DNA of 64,000 bases from contig CAWEPZ010000011.1 of NCBI GenBank assembly GCA_963811105.1, forward strand, positions 608,001 to 672,000, given 5' to 3'. Within the stretch, counting starts at the first letter, position 1. Each line of letters starts with the position of its first letter. The notes under the pieces were generated by a model, which saw only the letters and a list, made by a program, of their open reading frames with translations, was not told the origin of the DNA and did no database searches. Position numbers and translations under genes: made by a program. The DNA is from Candidatus Bathyarchaeota archaeon. Its GTDB lineage: Archaea > Thermoproteota > Bathyarchaeia > Bathyarchaeales > Bathycorpusculaceae. Below, piece after piece: positions 11,081 to 20,381 of the stretch.

Positions 11081-11443
11081 ATGGGTAAGAGTGTTGAGTC
11101 TTTCAGGATGGCTTTGGAGGGAGAGATTAGCCGGTGGAGTGGCTTTGCTAGAGCGTTGCGTAAGCCTGAGCGGGAAGCTTTTGATTCACTCATGGATATT
11201 TGCAGGAGTTACGCTTCGGAAAGTAGCAATACGACTAATCCCATAGTCTTTGAGCCCATGGTTATGTCTATTCTACTCTTTCAACAAAGACGGATAAGGA
11301 AGCTGGAGACGGTGCTGCAAGAAATCAAACCTGACATAACAATTCCCACAGAAAGCCAAGAGCATAACAATACAACTGATGCTAAGCCTGAAAATGACGT
11401 TCAAAAAGCTCCAAGCGGAGATGGACAATCACAGTTGTTCTAA
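11081..11443 (+). CDS. Small alpha-helical conserved archaeal protein, paralog of 6994-7371
   Basis: MGKSVESFRMALEGEISRWSGFARALRKPEREAFDSLMDICR...NPIVFEPMVMSILL. Confidence 0.7.
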   Translation: MGKSVESFRMALEGEISRWSGFARALRKPEREAFDSLMDICRSYASESSNTTNPIVFEPMVMSILLFQQRRIRKLETVLQEIKPDITIPTESQEHNNTTDAKPENDVQKAPSGDGQSQLF

Positions 11444-11795
11444 TCATCAGGCGAGCTGTAAGAAAACCTCTCAAAGGGTGTCAAAGAAGAGCAAGTGGTT
11501 TAGTCAGCTTGAAGATATAGAGTTTGTTTTTCCCAAAGAACACAACAAAATCCTAAGCCACATTCTTAATCAAGACTTTGACTTCGATACCAAATCAGAA
11601 AACAGCACTATAACGCAAGAAAATACTCGCTCCAGGCTTTAAAGACAACCGCTATGGAACCATTAAAAAGAAAACAAGAATTTTGAAGGAAACGGGAACC
11701 TCAAGCAAGCAGGTCTAAGAATGGTTCTGCCTAAATAGTTAACGGCAACTTTCCAAGAATTAAATCACAAAAATGGACATTAACTCCCGAGTTTA

Positions 11796-11811
11796 ATCAA
11801 AGTTTCTTGAC
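11796..11811. repeat. Type A single palindrome at the array end, overlapping the stop codon
   Basis: ATCAA AGTTTC TTGAC; TGA of gene 11797-12570 lies inside it. Confidence 0.7.
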
Positions 11812-12570
11812 TTGAGATGTTCGGTGCGCTTTGAGATGAACAAAGAAAACAACTATAACAAATAAGGTTGCAGCCACTGTGCTTGCAAAGATTAGGATGA
11901 TAGTGGCGGTAGTTGAAGTAGAAGTTTTAGTTAAAGGAACTTGGTTAATGGTTGGTTGTGGAATATAGTTGTTAGGCTCTTTTGGGATTGTCGCTTGAGG
12001 AATTGAATTTGATGTGTAATTTGCGTTTGTAGGCAATGGTTGGGTATCAGGCGTATTTTTTGGTTCTACTGTGAAATCAACAGTGTCTGTCCATATGGCT
12101 TGATAATCTAAGCTTCCTGGACTTACAGGTTTAAAGGCTCCGTTTGGAGGGTTAGGACCGTTTTGATGTACGTCAACCTGAAGAGTTACTACTACTTGAT
12201 GAGGACCTGCGGATAACTCGGGGATATTTACTGATCCTATCGCTTCGTAAACAACGTGTAACTCATTGTTTGGATTGTTAACTGTCCAAGGTATAGACCC
12301 TTCGTCGTTTCCATCTAGGGTATATGTTAGGGTGTACTTCAGGCCCCCAACGGGAAAAGTTACGTTCAGCGTTAACAGATTTGAATCGTAGGTTTCGGAT
12401 CTGGGAAAAGTAATTTGAACTACTTTATAGGGCTGTGTAGTAGAAGCGTGGGCGGGCACAATTGTTTGAGTCCAGAACGCTAACGATATAAGAAATAGTA
12501 AAGGGATTAAAAGAGTGCAGAGTATTTTTTTGTTCGATCTTCCTTGTACTTTTCGCATTAACATCAACAA
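11797..12570 (-). CDS. Secreted membrane-anchored Ig-like protein (cassette)
   Basis: Signal peptide, ITFPRSETY/YTLDG/ELSAGPHQVVV Ig-like pattern, P/T linker, TM, tail QVKKL. Confidence 0.8.
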   Translation of the reverse strand: MLMLMRKVQGRSNKKILCTLLIPLLFLISLAFWTQTIVPAHASTTQPYKVVQITFPRSETYDSNLLTLNVTFPVGGLKYTLTYTLDGNDEGSIPWTVNNPNNELHVVYEAIGSVNIPELSAGPHQVVVTLQVDVHQNGPNPPNGAFKPVSPGSLDYQAIWTDTVDFTVEPKNTPDTQPLPTNANYTSNSIPQATIPKEPNNYIPQPTINQVPLTKTSTSTTATIILIFASTVAATLFVIVVFFVHLKAHRTSQVKKL

Positions 12571-12608
12571 GTTGCTAAAGGTGAAGGTCCAATATTACTC
12601 TCCCCCGG

Positions 12609-12656
12609 GAACAGTCTGTTCCGCTAAAAGAACGCTTAGTTAGTAAGTTTCTTGAC
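12609..12656. repeat. Junction site type B plus degenerate type A palindrome
   Basis: GAACA GTC TGTTC CGCTAAAA GAAC ... AGTTTC TTGAC. Confidence 0.8.
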
Positions 12657-13950
12657 TGGTATCAATGATGTCTAACCAATGTAACAACCGAGAAATTATT
12701 AGAATAAAGGGCAGAATTACTAACCAAGATAATTCTGGAACGGTAGGAGTTGAAGCTGTCGACGTTTGATCTGATGCTATTGGAGCGTTGCTGTCTGCGT
12801 TGAAGTTTATTGTTTGCTCAAATGTTGGGACAGAAGGAGTATTTGCCTCGGATTTAACAGAAATAGTCAGTTTATGAGAACCGTTTGACAGCCCAGTTAG
12901 TGTTATATTGCCATTGAGGGACTTCCAATCAGAAGCTTCAGGTTCACCGGTTGTATCCAAAGCATAATATGACCAAGTAACCTTTGAATCGACGCTATAA
13001 ATTATTGGCACTTGATTAATATTGTAGGTTGCTTGGTTTTGTGGTGAGATAATAGTAAATACTCCGGGTATTTGACCAGCCTGTGTTGGCAAGTTGATTG
13101 GTTGGCTAATTTGGTTGCTTACAGAAAAACGGGTTGCAAAATTTGATGTCATAATGTTGTCCCCGTAATCTGTCCATAGAACCAAAAATATCATCGTGTG
13201 ATTTCCAAGCGATTGAGTTGCTATTGTTCCAGTTAAAACTATGGTGGGATGGTTGGCTGTGTACACTGGAATATACGCCGGTGCGCTACCATTGATTACC
13301 ATTGGCCCATATGGACCCTTGGCTGAGTCTCTGCCTGCGATGGAGATAATGTTTCCTGTATTATCAAGTACATAGCTGACTGAGTATATTTCTCCGCGAA
13401 GTAGACTATTGGTAAACCAAGATGGTGGAATAGTTATGTTTATGGAGTAAGGAATAGGCTGATTTTCTGGAAAAACTTGGGGGTAAGTTGGAATATTAAC
13501 CTTTAGAATTGGAGCATCAGGGTTAAGGGTTGTTGGTCTGCCTACAGGAAACTCGACTCTTGCGCTTCCTTCATTTACCCAAGTTCCATAGTCGTATTTT
13601 ACATATACCATTATTACATGCCAACCATCCGAAAGATTCGGCAAAATTGCTTGGCTAGTAACTGATGAATATGAATAAGCACCTGAGGTGGAAATGCCTT
13701 GGTAGACTGGTGTCATGCTTACATTGGCTTGCCCGTCTACGCTATAAGTAATATATCGGTTCTCTGAACCTTTGAGAGGATCTAAAAACATTGAAGCTGA
13801 AATGTTGAGCAAAACAGGATTTATATTATTACCATAACTCTCAGGTGAAACAATAGTAACTTGCAGAGGACCAGGTTCAAAATTAGCCCATACGCCAACT
13901 ATATTGTATGCTCCCAGAAACATTGAACTGATAACTATTACGGCTAACAT
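12640..13950 (-). CDS. Secreted multi-Ig-like surface protein with PEF-CTERM-like (VPELSW) anchor (cassette)
   Basis: Repeated IVSP/IISP..YSVDG..LSxGxH units; TVPELSWLVILPF; tail may be frameshifted. Confidence 0.8.
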   Translation of the reverse strand: MLAVIVISSMFLGAYNIVGVWANFEPGPLQVTIVSPESYGNNINPVLLNISASMFLDPLKGSENRYITYSVDGQANVSMTPVYQGISTSGAYSYSSVTSQAILPNLSDGWHVIMVYVKYDYGTWVNEGSARVEFPVGRPTTLNPDAPILKVNIPTYPQVFPENQPIPYSINITIPPSWFTNSLLRGEIYSVSYVLDNTGNIISIAGRDSAKGPYGPMVINGSAPAYIPVYTANHPTIVLTGTIATQSLGNHTMIFLVLWTDYGDNIMTSNFATRFSVSNQISQPINLPTQAGQIPGVFTIISPQNQATYNINQVPIIYSVDSKVTWSYYALDTTGEPEASDWKSLNGNITLTGLSNGSHKLTISVKSEANTPSVPTFEQTINFNADSNAPIASDQTSTASTPTVPELSWLVILPFILIISRLLHWLDIIDTSQETY

Positions 13951-14015
13951 TTTTGCATTAATAGTTAACCACCACTATTTTTTCCAATGCTTTGTTGTGG
14001 TTAAAAAGCTTATTC

Positions 14016-14055
14016 GTAAAATTTTCTTGACTATGGTTAGTCAAAGTTTCTTGAC
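14016..14055. repeat. Cassette-junction site type A, full copy
   Basis: GTAAA ATTTTC TTGAC TATGGTTA GTCAA AGTTTC TTGAC. Confidence 0.85.
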
Positions 14056-14128
14056 GCAGTTTACTTGGTGGTTTTTCGATGCCTTCTAAGTAGAAGTAAA
14101 GAAGCAACTGCATTTTAAAGGATAAGGC

Positions 14129-15817
14129 CTACTTCACACTTCTTTCCTTGCTTAAAAACACAAACGCAAAAGCAACTACAACCACAACGATAACACTCAT
14201 CAGCACCAAGATGGCAATTTGAACCCAATCTAAACCCAGAAAAACTGCGTGTTGATACCCAGACTGAGTGAATTCGATTGATATTTGATGAGTGCTGTGG
14301 TGATAGCTAAAAGACACGAGCCAAGAATCTCCTTGGGACTGGGTAGTGTAAACTAATTGATTTCCGTCAAGGTAAACCTTGAGATTAGAAGCGTCACTGA
14401 TAAGTGATTTGGGAATATGCACATTAATGTATCCTGTTGTGTCTGAGGAACCGCTGACTGTAAAACTTAATTCTTTGCTTGTGGAGTTGAAGAAAATTTC
14501 TGAAAGAGTGGAATTTGATATTACGGAGAAAGCCAAGTCTTTTTCGTAAGGTGTCACAGCAAAGTTGACTGTAGTGCTTGTTTGAGGATATTGGTCATTT
14601 CCGAGCCATTCAGCTTTGAGCAAGTAATTTCCTGTGACTGTTGGCATCCAAACCGCCAAAAAATCTCCATTGCTATCTGTGTTCAATAGAGTAAGGTCTA
14701 TCCAAGAGTTGCCGCCGTTAACGCTGTAAGATAACTGGATTGATGCGAACGGTACACCTTGTCCATCAGCAATTAAACTACCATTGATGTCTACTTTGAA
14801 GTTCGAAAGTGTTGCAGAGCTTTGGCAAGAAACAATGAGGGTAGGCGTAGAAGGATTTAGATAGGATTGATTTGAACCGACGGTTATGGTGTATGCGGCT
14901 TGCCCTTGGGAAGTCATAACATCTACTATTAGTGGATCTCCTGGACTGACGTTTAGGGGTCCTGTACCATTAATGTTCAATTCTGTCCCGAAGCCTGCTA
15001 AAACTATTTCATGATCTGACCAACTTGTCAAATAAATGCCGATCATGTCCTTGGGCACCCATTGTGAATCCGTGCACCCCGCCTCCCAACTGTTAAAGCC
15101 TGCTTCATCGTATATTCTTATGACCGGAGTGGTTCCCCCGACAACGGTGTCGACGGATCCATCGCTTAGATTCATAAGTTGAGGCGAAATATTCCCAAAA
15201 CCATCGCCACTTATTATTATTGTTTGTATCCGAGTAGCTGCAATGTGGCTAATTGAAGATATTTCTGGTGTTGCTCCGGATGATCCAGGCAGATTTTGGC
15301 CTGTTGAACCAACAACATCTGTGTAAATTGCTTGTCCATTGGTAGTTTGCACTGCTATCAGCATTGGATCGCCTAAAGATAGGGTCCATTGTCCAGTACC
15401 GTTTATGCTTAGTGCCGTTCCAAAGCCGCCTAAGACAATGTCCGTGTCTGACCAACTCACTAATATGACGCCAATACTATCCGCACCCGTATTTGGAGTA
15501 TCTTGTACACCTGCTTCCCAACTGCTCGAACCGCCTTCATCATAAAACCTTATGACTGGAGTAGTGCCTCCACCGACAGTATCTACAGATCCGTCCCCCA
15601 GATTGAAGAGTTGAGGTTGAATTTTGCCGAAACCGCTACCGTGAATAAATATGGTCTGTATTCTGGTTGCTTCAATCGTGCTTACCGAGGAAATTTTTGG
15701 TGTACCGCTTTGAGACCCCACAAAATCTGCAGTACCGAAAGAAGCCAAGCCGCTAACCATAAAAGCTATCAAGAAAATGCATAGGAATGACTTCTCCATA
15801 GCTATAACCACAATCAA
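14129..15817 (-). CDS. Secreted surface protein with two tandem IPT-like repeats and the shared C-terminal module (cassette)
   Basis: Duplicated ISS..ATRIQTI.I.G.GFG...GSVDTV.GGTTPVIR.YDE unit; SNSTLS..FNSTSKELSFTVSG..TTGY..YHHSTH; TM. Confidence 0.8.
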   Translation of the reverse strand: MIVVIAMEKSFLCIFLIAFMVSGLASFGTADFVGSQSGTPKISSVSTIEATRIQTIFIHGSGFGKIQPQLFNLGDGSVDTVGGGTTPVIRFYDEGGSSSWEAGVQDTPNTGADSIGVILVSWSDTDIVLGGFGTALSINGTGQWTLSLGDPMLIAVQTTNGQAIYTDVVGSTGQNLPGSSGATPEISSISHIAATRIQTIIISGDGFGNISPQLMNLSDGSVDTVVGGTTPVIRIYDEAGFNSWEAGCTDSQWVPKDMIGIYLTSWSDHEIVLAGFGTELNINGTGPLNVSPGDPLIVDVMTSQGQAAYTITVGSNQSYLNPSTPTLIVSCQSSATLSNFKVDINGSLIADGQGVPFASIQLSYSVNGGNSWIDLTLLNTDSNGDFLAVWMPTVTGNYLLKAEWLGNDQYPQTSTTVNFAVTPYEKDLAFSVISNSTLSEIFFNSTSKELSFTVSGSSDTTGYINVHIPKSLISDASNLKVYLDGNQLVYTTQSQGDSWLVSFSYHHSTHQISIEFTQSGYQHAVFLGLDWVQIAILVLMSVIVVVVVAFAFVFLSKERSVK

Positions 15818-15847
15818 AACAAATGTATTATCGATAAAAGCATTCTC

Positions 15848-15887
15848 ATCAAATATTCTTGACTAATATTAGTCAAATTTTCTTGAC
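15848..15887. repeat. Cassette-junction site type A, full copy
   Basis: ATCAA ATATTC TTGAC TAATATTA GTCAA ATTTTC TTGAC. Confidence 0.85.
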
Positions 15888-15899
15888 TGGTTTTTTGTG

Positions 15900-16895
15900 T
15901 CAAACATTTCCTTGTAGTCTCTTTCTAACCGTAATCAGAGCAATTGGAATGGAGAGTAGTAAGGGTAGGATTGTCAACCAAGAAAACTCTGGAATTGTGG
16001 GGGAAGATGGTAAGGTATAGTTATAGGGTTTAATCAGAGGATATCTGTCGATTACTTGTGGAGCGGCCTCGCTAACATACGTAATATTGCCTATACCTGA
16101 ATAGCTTATTTCAACTGCTTGAGGATATCTTCTTGCATAGTCATTCCAGTAGTTGCCTTCAACTCCATTGTCCCAGGGTTTAGTATTAGCAGATTTTGGA
16201 AAGAGCAGAGTTCCAAATGTGAGTACCTCAACGTTGAGGAAATTGTTGTGGTAAACTTGAAATTCGCTAGTTTGTGTACTGATAAAGAAGGTTGTGAGTC
16301 TGCTAAAAGTTATGTTATTAGATTCAATTTTTAGTGCTGTACAATTAGTTATCCAAAAGCCAGTTGCATAATCACCTAGCACTATTTGATTTTGAGATAT
16401 TGTATTGTTGTTTCCTACTATCCGTTCTGGGCCAATTTGATTTCCTATTATTTTGTAATTACTGGCGTATACTGCAACATCATAAATATTATTGGAAAAG
16501 TAGTTGGACTGAATTGTATTGTTATCAGAAGCTCCTATTACTCCTAAACTCCAGTTAAAGATGTGAAAATTGAAAATAGTGACATTGGTACAAGCCAAGT
16601 ATATGGCAGCCATATTGTAAGTTTCCCTTCCAGGTCCTTGAAGGTTAAGACCAGAACCGTTTAGAATAATGTTGTTACGTTGAATTGTGATATTGCAGTT
16701 TTGAATGTTATCAGTTAAGGTATAGATGCTTCCATTATGTTGAATAGGTGCTGTTGAAGGCTCAATGGTTCCATCTGACGTTATGTAAATGGGAGAAACA
16801 TCAGAAGGATTCAAAGAATTAGCTCTAGATACATCTAACCTCAAAGCTGACAAAACTACAAAAAGAATCAGCAAAGAAACTAACGCTTTCTTCAT
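15900..16895 (-). CDS. NosD/CASH right-handed beta-helix surface protein with PEF-CTERM-like anchor
   Basis: IYITSDGTIEPSTAPI, Asn-rich beta-helix, WDNGVEGNYWNDY, DRYPL, IPEFSWLTILPLL. Confidence 0.85.
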   Translation of the reverse strand: MKKALVSLLILFVVLSALRLDVSRANSLNPSDVSPIYITSDGTIEPSTAPIQHNGSIYTLTDNIQNCNITIQRNNIILNGSGLNLQGPGRETYNMAAIYLACTNVTIFNFHIFNWSLGVIGASDNNTIQSNYFSNNIYDVAVYASNYKIIGNQIGPERIVGNNNTISQNQIVLGDYATGFWITNCTALKIESNNITFSRLTTFFISTQTSEFQVYHNNFLNVEVLTFGTLLFPKSANTKPWDNGVEGNYWNDYARRYPQAVEISYSGIGNITYVSEAAPQVIDRYPLIKPYNYTLPSSPTIPEFSWLTILPLLLSIPIALITVRKRLQGNV

Positions 16896-17551
16896 CTTAT
16901 TCGATGCCTTCTATAGATAGTAAGAGCAACAACCCCAATGGAAGGGGCAGCTATAACTAATGATAATATGGTGAAGAATTCAGCGTCTTTAGGTAACAAT
17001 TCACCATCAGGCTTCTCTGTTATATTGGAATTTTGAGAAATAGTGAAATTAACTGAAGCTTTGTCTAAACTCTGAATGCTTCTTATCCGTGGGTTAAGAC
17101 TGTCTGGCTTAACATCTAATCGTAAGAAATGAGTTCCTTCTGAAATATTATGCAGAGTTGTAGTGTAGTTTAGCCACGTGTTGCTATACCAGCATGGATT
17201 TACAAGAGAACAAAAAGCCTCATGTCCGCCAACTGAAACAAGAGTCATATTTTGGCGGTCAGAACCATCTAAACTATAAATACAACTGATATTTTGGTAA
17301 GGAACATAATGCGTATTTGGCTCAGACTCAATTCCTCCTATATGCAAACCTGCGTTTACAACAATATCAGAATCTGTATACGTGAAGTTTTCAATCGGTG
17401 AGGTTATAGCTATTTGACCAGAAAGTTCATCATAATTAAAAGGAATTGCAGCGTTTGGCGAATAGCAGGAACCAAAATTTAACGCTAGAACTGGAAAAAT
17501 AAATCCGACAAGAAACAAAAGTAATATTTTCTTATCCACAATCATCATCAA
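16892..17551 (-). CDS. Secreted membrane-anchored Ig-like protein
   Basis: Signal peptide, ITSPIENFTY, YSLDG, ISEGTH, TM, RRHR tail; stop overlaps the start of the next gene. Confidence 0.75.
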   Translation of the reverse strand: MMMIVDKKILLLFLVGFIFPVLALNFGSCYSPNAAIPFNYDELSGQIAITSPIENFTYTDSDIVVNAGLHIGGIESEPNTHYVPYQNISCIYSLDGSDRQNMTLVSVGGHEAFCSLVNPCWYSNTWLNYTTTLHNISEGTHFLRLDVKPDSLNPRIRSIQSLDKASVNFTISQNSNITEKPDGELLPKDAEFFTILSLVIAAPSIGVVALTIYRRHRIR

Positions 17552-17590
17552 TATTATTCAGGTATTTTCTTGGTTATAACTCTCCTGAAA

Positions 17591-17637
17591 GAACAAGGTG
17601 TTCCGCTAAAAGAACGGTTAGTCAAAAGTTTGTTGAC
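17591..17637. repeat. Junction site type B plus type A palindrome
   Basis: GAACA AGG TGTTC CGCTAAAA GAAC GGTTA GTCAA AAGTTTG TTGAC. Confidence 0.8.
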
Positions 17638-17641
17638 CTGA

Positions 17642-18364
17642 TTATTTTGGCGTTTTTCGATGGCTTCTAAACAGCAGTAAAGCACCAATAACAATCGCCA
17701 AGATTGCAGCGGTTACAATCGCTAAAATATAGGATGCAGGAAAATCAGCTCTATCGTTAATATTTGAATTACTTGCAGTCGCAGAAGATTGAATCGGTTG
17801 AATTGTTGGAGATGGTTCTAATGTTGAAGGAATTGTGTTTACTGTAAAGTTAGTTTTTTCAGAATAAGTATCAATGTAGTAATTCATTTCGATGTTCCAA
17901 GTTCGACTATCATTTTTATCGTAATAACTATTGTAATAACTATCGGAGTGAATGCGTATTTGGAAGCTATGATTTCCTTCAGATAGATTAGTTAAGTCTC
18001 CTTGATAGCTGAAGGGTTCTTTTCCGTATTTTAAATAATCAGCGTAATTGGAAATTGCAACTTCATTGTTGTTGTCGAGTTTGTATAAGATTACCATTAT
18101 TTGACCGTGAACTGGGTCATAGTCAAACCATGATGAAGGTTTTCTTATAGTTAATGAATAATGGATTGTGTCGACATCATAGGTCTTATTATTTATTGGT
18201 TCGCTAATGGTTATCGTTGGCTCATTCTTATCGGGTGTTGTGGGTAGCGGTGCTTGAGGAGAAGGATTTCCAACTGCTAACTCCACTATCGCCATACTAA
18301 TTATGGCTGACATTAGAAAGACTAATGCAACCGCCAAAGGTGTTCTTTTCACAAAGACAACCAA
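17642..18364 (-). CDS. Secreted membrane-anchored Ig-like protein (cassette)
   Basis: Signal peptide, ITISEPINNKTY, NLSEGNHSF, TM, RSHRKTPK tail. Confidence 0.8.
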   Translation of the reverse strand: MVVFVKRTPLAVALVFLMSAIISMAIVELAVGNPSPQAPLPTTPDKNEPTITISEPINNKTYDVDTIHYSLTIRKPSSWFDYDPVHGQIMVILYKLDNNNEVAISNYADYLKYGKEPFSYQGDLTNLSEGNHSFQIRIHSDSYYNSYYDKNDSRTWNIEMNYYIDTYSEKTNFTVNTIPSTLEPSPTIQPIQSSATASNSNINDRADFPASYILAIVTAAILAIVIGALLLFRSHRKTPK

Positions 18365-18401
18365 GTTATTACTGCGTTGAATTTGCTATTTACGTTTTTT
18401 C

Positions 18402-18441
18402 GTCAAAGATTCTTGACTGGGGTTCGTCAAACTTTCTTGAC
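18402..18441. repeat. Cassette-junction site type A, full copy (extra degenerate palindrome at ~18463-18480)
   Basis: GTCAA AGATTC TTGAC TGGGGTTC GTCAA ACTTTC TTGAC. Confidence 0.85.
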
Positions 18442-18530
18442 TAAACGCAAACTGTCGGTTAAGTCAAAGTTTTTCTTGAATAGTTTAAGATTAGATTTCT
18501 GGTACGCAGTAAATTCATAATTGAAGTTCA

Positions 18531-19680
18531 TTACGACTGTCGCCCGTGTTTCTTAATGTAAACTGTGCTTCCAACACATATCACAGCTACTGCTGCCGCT
18601 ACGACCGCAATCAATAACATCGATTGAGTGAAGTTACCTGTTGATTCATTTGGTGTGAGTGTGGCGGCGCTGATGCCTTGGTCAGTTAAATTAAAGCTAT
18701 ACACTTCTGATGTGCCAATGTTACCGCCGTTGTCTTTAGCATAAACAATTATTTTATGGCTCCCATAAGCTATATTTGAGATAATAGTTGAATTGCCGTA
18801 AATAGTTTTGTTGGCATTGCCGTCCAGGCTGTAGCCTATCCAAGGTGTAGGCTCGTTAATCTCAATAACTAGCGGTAAATTGATCCAGTTAAAGACATGG
18901 GAAATTATTGTTCGGTTGGCGATTGCGGCGGCGTCAATATGGATGATTGGAGCGTTGTGATCTCTTACGATGAAATCGACGGCTTGAGAAGTATAGAGAT
19001 GTCCCGCACTGTCGTTGCCGTACATTGTTAAAGTGTGGGAGCCTTCTAAAAGGCCGTTAAGAGACAGAGTGGCTAAGCTGGTAATTACTTGGTTATTGTC
19101 CAAACTAAATCCTGCCCAAGAGAGAGGTGTATCGCTTTTGAATTCAAGAAGCATACTAGTTGAATCATAGGTTTTCGGTTTCGGAGACAATCACATGAAT
19201 CGTTGGGGTTGCATCGCCAACTATGAAGTAGTTGGTTACAGAAAAATTGGAAAGTGGTTTGCCGCTAGAGTAATCGGTAAGGTCTGTTTGTCCATAAATA
19301 GATAGTGAGTGAACTCCATCTGATAAATCGGTAATTGCTTTTATCACAGTGGCGACATGACCTGAACTGCCTACTTGAGTATTGAATGTCAAATTAACCC
19401 CTGGATGACCATCCAAGCTGTATTGCATCCAAGTTACTTTTTCGGCTGCCGTAAAAAAATGGCTGTTGGTCACGACTTTCACGTTCATGTAGATAGTTGA
19501 CTCATTATATACCTTGTTCATAGCTGGAACGGAGACTGACACTTTCGGTGCCAATTGATAAAGTTCAAAATTGGCTGATGCAAACTCAACCAAGGGAAAG
19601 GACAGCAATGGAGTTAGAAGCATTAGCAGGCAAAATAGCGTTAAAGCCTTCTTATCCAGAAATACACCGTTCGCTGGCAA
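18531..19680 (-). pseudogene. Multi-Ig-like anchored surface protein split by a frameshift (ORFs 19165-19680 and 18531-19190)
   Basis: The N-part has a signal peptide and ends PTIHV; the C-part resumes SPKPKTY, has YSLDG/GSH units and a TM. Confidence 0.7.
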
Positions 19681-19737
19681 TTTTCATAGCCTCTTCTAAC
19701 AAAGTTATTTGCAATCGATTTTCTTAAAAGGTTTTCA

Positions 19738-19777
19738 GTAAAACAATCTTGACTGGGTTTAGTCAAAGTTTCTTTAT
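19738..19777. repeat. Cassette-junction site type A
   Basis: GTAAA ACAATC TTGAC TGGGTTTA GTCAA AGTTTC TTTAT. Confidence 0.8.
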
Positions 19778-19809
19778 TTGCGCTTTCTAAACAGCAAAAT
19801 ATTACCGAG

Positions 19810-20084
19810 TTAGCAGATTAGTCTTGTTACTCGACTATCAGGGAATCGGCGTTAGCAAAAGGCTCCTAAACTTTATTGCTGAACTTTACTCTTATCAAAC
19901 TATAATGCCCTTCTATATTCTGTCGAGCAATCCTCAAATTATCCATAGAAACCTTGGTAATTGGAAAATAATGAGTTCTGGTCATGCAAGCAAAGGAAAG
20001 AATGACTCTAGAATAAACAATAGATTGCATTGCAGTTTAAACCGAAGACGAATAACCGTTTCGATGCGATACAAAGAAAAGTAA
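19810..20084 (+). pseudogene. C-terminal remnant of a phage-like GNAT acetyltransferase gene (copy 1)
   Basis: RLVLLDYQGIGVSKRLLNFIAE (GNAT motif A-like); no N-terminus; homologous remnants at 23160-23340 and 26280-26395. Confidence 0.65.
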
Positions 20085-20381
20085 ATTTCATTGTCTCTTA
20101 GACCCTTTGGAGATTAAATTTTGATCTCCTCCGACGACGACGCTGGTGACTGCCCCTGCCTATTACTGATTACATTATTCCTTGATTATTAGGTATGAGA
20201 CGGTTACAAAGAAGGATTTACTGAGGCTGCGGTAAAATCTAAAAGGGAAAAGAATCTAATTTTAAAATAACGCTAATTTTTTTGTGACCTACTACCTTAT
20301 CAGTCCCTTGTTTAACGCCTTTCAATCGATTGTTTAGCCTAAAAAAGGAGAGATTGAGGTTGGTTTGGTTTCGTTTGGTAT

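Noticed and set aside
12609-12633. LexA/SOS box for motif B
   Set aside because: The Firmicutes box is GAAC-N4-GTTC; here it is GAAC-N5-GTTC plus a third arm, upstream of surface-protein genes in an archaeon.
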